NCBI GenBank assembly: GCA_036130055.1
Contig: JAYYOR010000027.1
Span: forward strand, 121,532 to 185,531
Direction: 5' to 3'
DNA: 64,000 nt
Source of the DNA: Pseudomonadota bacterium
GTDB taxonomy: Bacteria; Pseudomonadota; Gammaproteobacteria; Ga0077536
Shown: positions 53,128 through 61,502 of the stretch, piece after piece
Numbering within the stretch: the stretch's first letter is position 1
Layout of the letters: the number at the start of each line of letters is the position of its first letter
Notes under the pieces: model-generated
Told to the model about the DNA's origin: nothing
The model's database searches: none
Seen by the model: the letters and a program-made list of their open reading frames with translations, nothing else
Position numbers and translations under genes: made by a program

Positions 53128-53571
53128 ATGAGTAAGTCTATAATTGGTAAAAATTTAAGCTACCTATCCTTCGTGAATCAAGATGGAAAATCTATTTGCC
53201 TTAGTGATTTTTCGGATAACTTCGTTCTGTTATGGTGGTATCCGAAAGCAGATACACCGGGGTGAACCATTGAAGGCAAAGGGTTCCGTGATAGAATCCA
53301 AGATTTTAATAAAAAAGGCGTAGTTGTATTTGGAATTAGTGGAGATTCCCCAGCTGACAATAAATTATTTCAAAATAAATTTTCGTTCCCTTTCGAGATG
53401 CTGTCTGATTTTGAACTTAAGGAATCAAAGAAACTAGGTCTTTGTAAAGAGGAAAGTACTTATGCGACAAGGGTAACCCTCATCTTGGACCATAAAGGGG
53501 TTGTTACGAATTTTTTCGATGACGTCAATCCTCAAACCCATGCTTCAGATGTTCTAAGAATCTTTAATTAA
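53128..53571 (+). CDS. bcp: Bcp-type peroxiredoxin with in-frame TGA (candidate selenocysteine) at the peroxidatic Cys position
   Basis: ATG at 53128 with an AGAGG RBS 8 nt upstream. The protein reads 'MSKSIIGKNLSYLSFVNQDGKSICLSDFSDNFVLLWWYPKADTPG-[TGA at 53263-53265]-TIEGKGFRDRIQDFNKKGVVVFGISGDSPADNKLFQNKFSFPFEMLSDFELKESKKLGL...RIFN*'. The Bcp active site is YPKDxTPGCT. A hairpin tgaacc-a-ttg-AAGG-caa-ag-ggttcc starts at the TGA. The product would be 147 aa with the stop recoded. Confidence 0.6.
53263..53287 (+). other. Candidate bacterial SECIS-like stem-loop overlapping or just downstream of the in-frame UGA
   Basis: UGAACC A UUG [AAGG] CAA AG GGUUCC: a two-part stem with GG in the apical loop. 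Confidence 0.4.
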
Positions 53572-53575
53572 TAAA

Positions 53576-54352
53576 TTAGTAATTACTGAAAAAATTATTA
53601 ATTTTTTCGATAAATTGAAGTTCCTTTTCTACAAACGGCCAATGCCCACAATCCGATATGACGGCAAGTTGTGAGCTTGAGATTTCAGCATTTAAAAACT
53701 CATGGTATTTTACAGGAGTGAGGAGATCCTTATCTCCACACAAGATTAAGGCTCGAAAATCGAGTCCTTTTAACCGCCTCGTAAAATCAAACGAATCGGC
53801 TGCAAGCCAATCCTTGTAAACCACTAAAGGATCAACATCGTTCATGATCGCTAAAAGGTAATCCAGCAAATGCTTATTAGATGTATCGTAGATGGAATTT
53901 AATAAAAATTCTTTGTTCAATTGTGAATTTTCGTTTTTCCGTTCAATCTCCGTTAGAAATGAGTCCGGTACTCGCAAACGGGCTCCAGTCGCAACTAATA
54001 TCAATGATTCAACCAGTTTTGGCATATAAACCCCTATAGCCATTCCAATTGCTCCCCCCAATGAATGTCCTAATAAATTCCATTCTCCAAGATCTATTCT
54101 CTTAAGTAACTCGGAACATATAAATGCGTGGTCAACTACATTTCTGTAACCTTCGCCTTCTGATTGACCATGCCCACTCAAATCAATTGTTAAAATGTTG
54201 AATTTTTTTGAAAGGTTTTCCACAACGTTCGAAAAGACTCGAGAATCGCTTGATGCACCATGAATAAAGAACAGATTTTTTCTTGAGGGGCTTTGGAAAT
54301 TTACGCTATAGTAAATTTTTTTGTCTTCTATAACTTCTATTGGCACAACCAA
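53576..54352 (-). CDS. Alpha/beta-fold hydrolase
   Basis: 258 aa with nucleophile elbow GHSLGG and an HGASS start typical of the alpha/beta hydrolase 6 family. Confidence 0.7.
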   Translation of the reverse strand: MVVPIEVIEDKKIYYSVNFQSPSRKNLFFIHGASSDSRVFSNVVENLSKKFNILTIDLSGHGQSEGEGYRNVVDHAFICSELLKRIDLGEWNLLGHSLGGAIGMAIGVYMPKLVESLILVATGARLRVPDSFLTEIERKNENSQLNKEFLLNSIYDTSNKHLLDYLLAIMNDVDPLVVYKDWLAADSFDFTRRLKGLDFRALILCGDKDLLTPVKYHEFLNAEISSSQLAVISDCGHWPFVEKELQFIEKINNFFSNY

Positions 54353-54442
54353 TATCTCCTAAGATATCAAATAAACAGTTGATATAGTATGATAGAGGCA
54401 GTTTTTTATTTTAACAATTAAAATAGAGAAAAAGGATATTCT

Positions 54443-55570
54443 ATGAAATGCAGAGCTGCGGTATTAAATAAAATGGGTGCGTCCAGGCCTTATAAAGACT
54501 CAAAACCGATAACTATTGAGGAAATCCAATTAGACGAACCCGGAGATGGCGAAGTTCTTATTAGAATGGGTGCAGCAGGTTTGTGCCACTCCGATCTTTC
54601 GGTAGTCAATGGCTCTCGGCCTAGGCCATTACCAATGGTTATTGGACATGAAGCATCTGCGGTAGTAGAAAAATTAGGGCCTAATGCAAATGATCTTGAT
54701 GTGGGTGATCATGTTGCCGCCGTTTTTGTTCCAAGCTGTGGAAGTTGCATACCGTGTTTAGAGGGTAGACCGGCTTTATGTGAACCTGCTGCCGTGGCGA
54801 ACGCAAACGGAACCCTTCTATCTGGAGCAAAACGAATCAAGCTAAATGGTGAATATGTAACCCATCATGTCGGTGTATCCTGTTTTGCAGAATACGCTGT
54901 TGTGTCTCAAAAATCCCTTGTAAGAATACCAAGCAATATTCCTCTAGACCTAGCGGCTCTTTTCGGTTGTGCAGTAATAACTGGCGTAGGAGCGGTGGTA
55001 AATACCGCAAAAATGACCATGGGAAGCACAGCTGCAATCGTCGGATTAGGCGGAACAGGACTAGCTGCAGTTTTAGGCGCCATAGCCAGCGGTGCGAAAA
55101 CTGTAATAGGAATTGATTTAAGCGAGCAGAAACTAAAATTGGGCAAGCAACTTGGATGTAATTATGTACTAAATGCAAGCGATCCTGAGATCGTTACCAA
55201 ACTCAAGGAAATTACGAGCGGCGGCTGTGACTATTCCTTTGAATGCGTCGGTTCAAATAAGGCGATGGAACTTGCCTATGCAGTCACCCGACGAGGAGGA
55301 ACAACCTGTTCAAGCGGCCTATCGGACCCTAAAGAAAATTTTAGCTTACAACACGTAAATCTTGTAGCCGAGGAAAGGACGATCAAGGGCAGTTATCTTG
55401 GTAGTTGCGTTCCAAGAAGAGATATCCCAAATTATATTCAATTACAGCAAAATGGTAATTTGCCTGTTGATGACTTAATGAGCGAGCGCATTAGACTAGA
55501 CGATGTAAATGAAGGTTTTGACAAATTAGCAGACGGGGAAACAGTTAGACAATTAATAACATTTGACTAA
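54443..55570 (+). CDS. Zinc-dependent alcohol dehydrogenase family (MDR) protein
   Basis: 375 aa with catalytic zinc 'GHEASAVVEKLG', structural zinc 'CGSCIPCLEGRPALCE' and a GLGGTG Rossmann motif. Confidence 0.8.
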   Translation: MKCRAAVLNKMGASRPYKDSKPITIEEIQLDEPGDGEVLIRMGAAGLCHSDLSVVNGSRPRPLPMVIGHEASAVVEKLGPNANDLDVGDHVAAVFVPSCGSCIPCLEGRPALCEPAAVANANGTLLSGAKRIKLNGEYVTHHVGVSCFAEYAVVSQKSLVRIPSNIPLDLAALFGCAVITGVGAVVNTAKMTMGSTAAIVGLGGTGLAAVLGAIASGAKTVIGIDLSEQKLKLGKQLGCNYVLNASDPEIVTKLKEITSGGCDYSFECVGSNKAMELAYAVTRRGGTTCSSGLSDPKENFSLQHVNLVAEERTIKGSYLGSCVPRRDIPNYIQLQQNGNLPVDDLMSERIRLDDVNEGFDKLADGETVRQLITFD

Positions 55571-55580
55571 AATAATTGCT

Positions 55581-57329
55581 CTAGTTTGGCAACCTTATGT
55601 TATCAACAAGAGCGCGAATATATTGTTTCGGCGGCTCTGTCCATTTACTTACGAACATTGCAGTCAAGAAATTAGCAATCGCACCTATAACACCAAAACC
55701 CTCAGGTGATATTTCGAACCACCAGTTTTCTGGAATATTCAGTTCTGGATTAAAAAATTTAAAATAAACTATATAAGCTAAAGTAATTGTCAATCCTACT
55801 ACCATTCCACTTATAGCACCGAAGTTATTAATCCTTTTAGAAAAAATTCCTAAAACTATTGGGGGAAACAAAGAGGAGGCAGCAAGCCCAAATGCAAGCG
55901 CTACCACTTCTGCCACAAACCCCGGTGGATTTATACCTAGATAACCCGCAATAAAAATAGCTAGCGCAGCTGCTAGTCTTGCCAATAGTAGCTCGGTTTT
56001 ATCCGAGATTTTCATGTCAAACGTCTCCCGGACTAAATCATGGGAAATAGATGAAGATATTACCAATAACAAGCCGGCCGCTGTCGATAACGCAGCCGCT
56101 AATCCACCAGCAGCCACCAGTGCAATGACCCAAGGCGGTAGACTGGCAATTTCTGGATTAGCAAGAACCATTATATCTCTGTCAACATAGACTTCATTAT
56201 CGTTAGGCAAACTTTTATTTAAGACAACACGCTCTCCATGAGGACCACTATCGTCTGCACTAAACTCAAGTCTGCCCTCAAAGGGCTTGCCCGGACCGTA
56301 CTGCATAATTCCATCGTTGTTCTTGTCTATCCAAGCAATTAGTCCTACACCCTCCCATTGCTTAACCCAATTTGGAGCTTTCTCATAATGGGTCTCATGC
56401 ACTGAATCAATAAAATTTAATCGAGCGAAAGCTCCAACAGCCGGTGCTGTAGTATATAAAATTGCTATGAAAAGTAAGGCATAGGCAGCGGATTTTCTTG
56501 CATCAGAAACTTTAGGCACGGTGAAAAATCTGACTATAACATGGGGCAAACCAGCAGTACCCAACATTAATGCCATTGTAATAGCGGCCATGTCAATCTT
56601 AGAACGAGCCGTAGTAGTATACTGCTGAAATCCCAACTCAAGCAAAATACCATCCAAGCGCTCTAAAATTGATTGCTCGGAGCCGTTAAATGACCCACCC
56701 AGTCCGAATTGTGGCACAGGAGAACCGGTCATCATAATTGATATGTAAATAGCAGGGACCAAATAAGCAAAAATCATAATGCAGTATTGGGCTACCTGAG
56801 TATAGGTTATACCTTTCATCCCACCCAGTACCGCATAAATAAATACGACACTCATACCTATGTATACACCGGTGTTTATAGGAACATCTAAAAAGTGCGA
56901 GAAAACTATCCCAACTCCTCTCATTTGCCCTGCAATATAAGTAAATGAGACAATTATTAAAGCAATAACAGCTATCATTCTGGCTTTTCTTGAATAATAC
57001 CTACTCGCAATAAAATCCGGTACAGTAAATTTCCCAAATTTACGAAGATAAGGTGCAAGCATTAACGCAAGAATTACATAACCCCCCGTCCAACCCAACA
57101 AATAAACTGACGCCCCATAACCCATAAACGCAATTATTCCAGCTAGTGAAATGAATGAGGCAGCACTCATCCAATCAGCAGCGGTTGCCATACCATTCGC
57201 AATTGGACCAACTCCTGAATTTGCAACATAAAAATCTTTAGTACTACCGGCGCGTGCCCACACCGCTATTGCAGCGTATAAACCGAAACTTATTGCGACG
57301 AATATATAAGTTAGAGTTGCACTGCTCAT
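55581..57329 (-). CDS. Sodium:solute symporter family transporter (large subunit)
   Basis: 582-aa polytopic SSS-family protein immediately downstream of a DUF4212-type small subunit gene. Confidence 0.8.
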   Translation of the reverse strand: MSSATLTYIFVAISFGLYAAIAVWARAGSTKDFYVANSGVGPIANGMATAADWMSAASFISLAGIIAFMGYGASVYLLGWTGGYVILALMLAPYLRKFGKFTVPDFIASRYYSRKARMIAVIALIIVSFTYIAGQMRGVGIVFSHFLDVPINTGVYIGMSVVFIYAVLGGMKGITYTQVAQYCIMIFAYLVPAIYISIMMTGSPVPQFGLGGSFNGSEQSILERLDGILLELGFQQYTTTARSKIDMAAITMALMLGTAGLPHVIVRFFTVPKVSDARKSAAYALLFIAILYTTAPAVGAFARLNFIDSVHETHYEKAPNWVKQWEGVGLIAWIDKNNDGIMQYGPGKPFEGRLEFSADDSGPHGERVVLNKSLPNDNEVYVDRDIMVLANPEIASLPPWVIALVAAGGLAAALSTAAGLLLVISSSISHDLVRETFDMKISDKTELLLARLAAALAIFIAGYLGINPPGFVAEVVALAFGLAASSLFPPIVLGIFSKRINNFGAISGMVVGLTITLAYIVYFKFFNPELNIPENWWFEISPEGFGVIGAIANFLTAMFVSKWTEPPKQYIRALVDNIRLPN

Positions 57330-57598
57330 AATTTTGTTGAGACTTTTTCTCGATATTTCTTATCTATCCTATTCATTAAAACGGAATAAGCAAAAATCAA
57401 CACGACAAAAGTAAAAATAGAGCCTTGTTGGGCCCACCAAAATCCTAATTTAAAACCGAAAAAATGAAATTGATTCAGTTCTTCAACAAAAGCAATACTA
57501 AAGCAGAAAGACACCAGGAACCATATCGACAGCAGAATCAACATAAGTCTTATGTTGGCTTTCCAATAGAGAACGTTTTCATCAGATTTATTTTTCAT
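57326..57598 (-). CDS. DUF4212-type small membrane subunit of the solute:sodium symporter
   Basis: 90 aa with 'GFKLGFWWAQQGSIFTFVVLIFAY', matching the DUF4212 signature (GFPLGFWFAQQGSI). It overlaps the symporter start. Confidence 0.6.
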   Translation of the reverse strand: MKNKSDENVLYWKANIRLMLILLSIWFLVSFCFSIAFVEELNQFHFFGFKLGFWWAQQGSIFTFVVLIFAYSVLMNRIDKKYREKVSTKL

Positions 57599-57633
57599 TC
57601 TTTCCTCTACTTTCCACTTTTTGTAAAATTTAG

Positions 57634-57707
57634 TGGCTATGGGTGGGATCGAACCACCGACCTCGGCGTTATGAGTGCCGCGCTCTAACCGGCTGAGCTA
57701 CATAGCC
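57634..57707 (-). tRNA. tRNA with CAU anticodon (elongator tRNA-Met; tRNA-Ile2/lysidine type not excluded)
   Basis: The reverse complement GGCTATGTAGCTCAGCCGGTTAGAGCGCGGCACTCATAACGCCGAGGTCGGTGGTTCGATCCCACCCATAGCCA folds as a cloverleaf with anticodon loop CUCAUAA. G1-C72 pairs, so it is not an initiator. Confidence 0.75.
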
Positions 57708-57807
57708 TAAAACTCTCGATTACTTTAGTGTTAAAATAATAACATTTCTTTACATGAATAGTCATTTTTAAGGGAACCTAAAATTATTTGAATAAGGAAA
57801 AATAATT

Positions 57808-58230
57808 TTGAAAAAACAAAACAAGAAATGGAATGTTCTTTCAATAGATTTGGCAGATCGTCCCGAATTACGTTCAGGGACCATTCCTTCATTACTTGAA
57901 ATATCAAAGTTGTTTGAGGACGGTATAGAAAATTTTAAGCACTCGATGGGCTTGACCGATGAGTACATAGCCGCCAAAAAGAAATCGACAGTTGCACTTG
58001 AAACTTCTTTATGTGTGCATGGATGGCAATTCAACGACTCTTTATTGATAAAGACCAGAGCTTCAAAGTTTGATGGGCGAAAAGTATTGATGCAACAAGT
58101 AATTTGCTCAAAAGGCCAGACTTTAGTAACCCAAACGACTCTTTCTATTTCTTTCGATATTTTAAAAAGAAAAAGTTGTTTTTTTGAAGAAAAAATTGCG
58201 CTTAATTACCAAAGATTTATTGATTTTTAA
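57808..58230 (+). CDS. Hypothetical protein (possibly hotdog-fold thioesterase-like)
   Basis: 140 aa. Family assignment is tentative, based on size and pattern only. Confidence 0.3.
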   Translation: MKKQNKKWNVLSIDLADRPELRSGTIPSLLEISKLFEDGIENFKHSMGLTDEYIAAKKKSTVALETSLCVHGWQFNDSLLIKTRASKFDGRKVLMQQVICSKGQTLVTQTTLSISFDILKRKSCFFEEKIALNYQRFIDF

Positions 58231-58420
58231 TGTTTTCGTCTGAACCGAGTTCTTTACGGATATTTTCATAATCATGGTTTTCCAGCTGGCCGATTTTAAA
58301 ATGCCAATATAACCAATAAATTACGACAAATATCAGCCAAATAAATTCAGTTCCCAAGAGTGGGTATATTTCGAAAACTTCACTAAAATTTAATTTATTC
58401 CAATCAACAATAGTTGCCAT
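58217..58420 (-). CDS. Small membrane protein downstream of amt
   Basis: 67 aa with one hydrophobic helix. Its start overlaps the amt stop (same strand), suggesting translational coupling. Confidence 0.3.
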   Translation of the reverse strand: MATIVDWNKLNFSEVFEIYPLLGTEFIWLIFVVIYWLYWHFKIGQLENHDYENIRKELGSDENIKNQ

Positions 58421-59781
58421 TATTTTATCTCTTCCGTTTCAGCCAAAGATACGTTTTTATTTTCCATGCTGGTCTTTTTTTCTGAAGCAAAATCCAGTCC
58501 CACAACTTCAATTTCTGGTGGTATACGTAGAATTTTAAAAAAATTAAGTAATTTCGCAAGTGCCCATCCTGGTAAGAACCCAAAAAAACCAAACATTATT
58601 ATTGCGCCTACAAACATCCCTAGAGGATTAATCGTGCTGGGGTAATAAGCTGAGGCCGGATAACCCCATAAAACAAAACCGCATACTATGAGACCCAAAG
58701 CACCAGCATAACCATGAACTGCTACCGCTCCAACCGCATCATCGATTTTAAATTTTTTCTCAACATAAAAATGTAATCTGTAAACAAAATAAACACCTAC
58801 GGCCCCAATCGAGAATGCTTGAAGTGGGCTATATAAATCGTTTCCAGCAGAGGCTAAAATTATACCAGCAAGTCCCCCTGAGTAAGTCCAAAATGGGTCT
58901 CCTTTTGACACTAAATAACTTGTCAACATTCCACCTGATAGTGACATTAAAAAATTAGCCGTAATACCACTTAAAGTGGTTGGAGTGAGATATATGTTTG
59001 TTGCAGAAAAAAACTTCTGCCCATCTCCATAATCACTGCCAATATCATAAATTGGAACATTACACGCAGCGTAAAACCCCCAAAATCCGGTATAAATCAA
59101 AAAAATACCTATAGTTACAAGCCACGGATTTTGCGGATTAATTGTGTTTATTTTCCCATCTCTGAATTTCCCTATTCTTGGCCCCAACACTGCCAGGACA
59201 CCTAGAGCAAAACCTCCCGAAGCCGCATGAATTACACCCGAGGCATAAGCATCATGATATCCAAGTTTATTAACCATCCAACCTGCGTAGTGCCAGCCCC
59301 AAGAAGCATCAATTACCCAGACAACAGAACCAATTACCACAGCGATAATTGCAAATGCCACAGTTTTAATCCTTTCAATTATAGCCCCAGAAACTATTGA
59401 AGCGGCTGTCCATGAGAATAATAAAAAAGCTGCCCAAAATACCAAATTTATTCTGTCACCTAAATTGACTGCCATAGCAGATGACCAAGGAAGGGCTAAC
59501 TCGTTAGCACCGAAGCCATCCGCTTCCAGCACCAATCCTCCGGTTATTCCCGGTCCATTTGGCATAGCCCAATAAAACCACCAACCAAAAAGGAAAAAAC
59601 TTATTGTTACAATTGGAATTAAAATTGTATTTTTCATAAGAGTATGAAGATGGTTTTTCCGCCTGGATACTCCTACCTCATAGACGCAAAAACCAACATG
59701 AATAAGAAACATCAAGACGACCGTTACCCAGTAATAGAATTCCGTAAAAATCGTCGTCAATGCCAATATTTCTTTTTCCAT
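58420..59781 (-). CDS. amt: Ammonium transporter (Amt family)
   Basis: 453 aa with 'VGFCVYEVGVSRRKNHLHTLMKNTIL', the Amt signature (FA.LE.G.VRSKN..N.LMKN), and 11-12 transmembrane segments. Confidence 0.85.
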   Translation of the reverse strand: MEKEILALTTIFTEFYYWVTVVLMFLIHVGFCVYEVGVSRRKNHLHTLMKNTILIPIVTISFFLFGWWFYWAMPNGPGITGGLVLEADGFGANELALPWSSAMAVNLGDRINLVFWAAFLLFSWTAASIVSGAIIERIKTVAFAIIAVVIGSVVWVIDASWGWHYAGWMVNKLGYHDAYASGVIHAASGGFALGVLAVLGPRIGKFRDGKINTINPQNPWLVTIGIFLIYTGFWGFYAACNVPIYDIGSDYGDGQKFFSATNIYLTPTTLSGITANFLMSLSGGMLTSYLVSKGDPFWTYSGGLAGIILASAGNDLYSPLQAFSIGAVGVYFVYRLHFYVEKKFKIDDAVGAVAVHGYAGALGLIVCGFVLWGYPASAYYPSTINPLGMFVGAIIMFGFFGFLPGWALAKLLNFFKILRIPPEIEVVGLDFASEKKTSMENKNVSLAETEEIK

Positions 59782-59810
59782 AAATACTGATGCTCCTAAA
59801 ACTAAATTAA

Positions 59811-60461
59811 TTAAAACAGATATACATAGTCACAAGCAACATTATTTTCATCATTTTGCTCCTTAAATTTGGGAAGCCGGCAAGGCTCCCTATCAAAATC
59901 TATATCTGTAGTAACCAAATATTTAAATTTTATAAAGCCACTAGTTGGTAAACCATCGTCGATTAACTCATCTAAGCTCCTACCCTTATGAGCTTCGAGC
60001 AGAATTCCTATTAACAAATTGTTTTTCTTTTCGACCTCTTTATTTAAGGAAACAAAAAACTTCAGTTGATTGCCAAATGAATCAATGGGTAGGTTATCTA
60101 CCAAAATACCCCCTTTTTGCGACAGCCTATACGTCAATTCAGTTAAATTTTCCGAATCAAAGAAGTTTTTCCAAAAGGTTGTTTGTATTTTTACATCTTC
60201 TTTATTACTCTTGGAAATGTCTGTAGAGAGTGGTAGTTCGTTAATATTTTTATTTAAAGCTAGATCAAACGCTGACATTTTTTTACTTAATAAATAGTGA
60301 TTATAAGCAGAGTGGCTTATAACAAGTTGTAATGCTAACTTTTTGAGTGTTGACTCAAAATTCAAAAGATAAGCTTTGTAACTAAGAATTAGGAGCAACG
60401 TTAATAACACACCAAAGAGAACCAGATTGTATCTCTGTGTGAAATGCCAAAACTCTTTCAT
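59811..60461 (-). CDS. Hypothetical membrane-anchored protein
   Basis: 216 aa with an N-terminal transmembrane helix. No recognised family. It lies upstream of amt on the same strand. Confidence 0.35.
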   Translation of the reverse strand: MKEFWHFTQRYNLVLFGVLLTLLLILSYKAYLLNFESTLKKLALQLVISHSAYNHYLLSKKMSAFDLALNKNINELPLSTDISKSNKEDVKIQTTFWKNFFDSENLTELTYRLSQKGGILVDNLPIDSFGNQLKFFVSLNKEVEKKNNLLIGILLEAHKGRSLDELIDDGLPTSGFIKFKYLVTTDIDFDREPCRLPKFKEQNDENNVACDYVYLF

Positions 60462-60484
60462 ATTATTTGCTCGAACTAATAAAC

Positions 60485-61342
60485 TTAATCGACGTCAAAA
60501 CCAAGATTCTTACATATCTCTACGGTAGGGTATGATTTGTTAAGTGTATAAAAATGAAAACCTGGTACACCATTTTCTATTAATGACTCACACATCTGAG
60601 AAACAAAATCTATTCCCAACTTAGTTAAGTAATCATTGTCATCTGAGTAATATTCTATTTTATTTTTCAACCATTTCGGAATATCAGCATTACATTTTTT
60701 GGAAAATCGCAGAATTCCCTCACCATTCGAGATCGGCATCAGACCCGCCAGAATTGGGATCTTAATCCCGATTTTCGTACAATCCTCAACAAATCTGTAA
60801 TATGCATCGCAGTTAAAAAAATATTGAGTTATTGCCCTATCAGCACCCGCCTCTACCTTCTTTTTAAAATAGTTTATATCATCAATGAAATTCACAGACT
60901 CTGGATGACATTCTGGATACGCTGCTACATCAATGTAAATGGATTCCTTGAATTCCCTTGAAATAAATTTTACTAGATCCATGGCATATTTAAAGTCGGA
61001 ATTAACTGGTACACCGGAAGGCATATCTCCTCTTAGAACAACCAAATGTTTGTGTCCCGCCTTAATATATTCACTTATAGTTTTTTGGGCCAAATTAGCA
61101 TTTAGAGATACGCATGAAATGTGTGGAGCTATTGGAACTTTTAATTTTTGATAAAGAAGATTAGCTGCTGATAAGGTTTTTCTTCTAGTGCCTCCTCCAG
61201 CACCAAAGGTTACTGAAAAAAATTCTGGATTGAAAGCTAATAGTTTTTCAGCTTCAAAAACAAGTTTTTCTAGAGCCCGTTCTGAATTAGGAGGGAAAAA
61301 TTCAAAACTAATAGACTTGTGGCCTGATGATTTACTTCCCAA
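60485..61342 (-). CDS. metF: 5,10-methylenetetrahydrofolate reductase
   Basis: 285 aa. 'ISFEFFPP...FFSVTFGAGGGTR...APHISCV' is the canonical MetF pattern. It has a TTG start with GGAG 8 nt upstream. Confidence 0.85.
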   Translation of the reverse strand: MGSKSSGHKSISFEFFPPNSERALEKLVFEAEKLLAFNPEFFSVTFGAGGGTRRKTLSAANLLYQKLKVPIAPHISCVSLNANLAQKTISEYIKAGHKHLVVLRGDMPSGVPVNSDFKYAMDLVKFISREFKESIYIDVAAYPECHPESVNFIDDINYFKKKVEAGADRAITQYFFNCDAYYRFVEDCTKIGIKIPILAGLMPISNGEGILRFSKKCNADIPKWLKNKIEYYSDDNDYLTKLGIDFVSQMCESLIENGVPGFHFYTLNKSYPTVEICKNLGFDVD

Positions 61343-61502
61343 TATATATCTCCATTTAATCGACTACATATGGATGGTTTTCCGCAAACTCCAATATTTT
61401 ATACTTTTCTGAGTGCAGTTAGTAGAAGTCTGAACTATAATTAGCGAATAACATAATATATTACTTAATACAAAACTACGAAAAAACAAAGGAAGATGCA
61501 GA

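Noticed and set aside
53178-53360. 60-aa minus-strand ORF between fda and the alpha/beta hydrolase
   Set aside because: It is antisense to the much better supported Sec-containing peroxiredoxin frame and has no motif.
61343-61502. Possible SAM-responsive riboswitch in the 5' leader of metF
   Set aside because: I could not identify the conserved pseudoknot or helix features of SAM-II or SAM-V by eye. The 160-bp AT-rich region is also shared with the divergent tkt promoter. This is not supportable without a covariance-model search.
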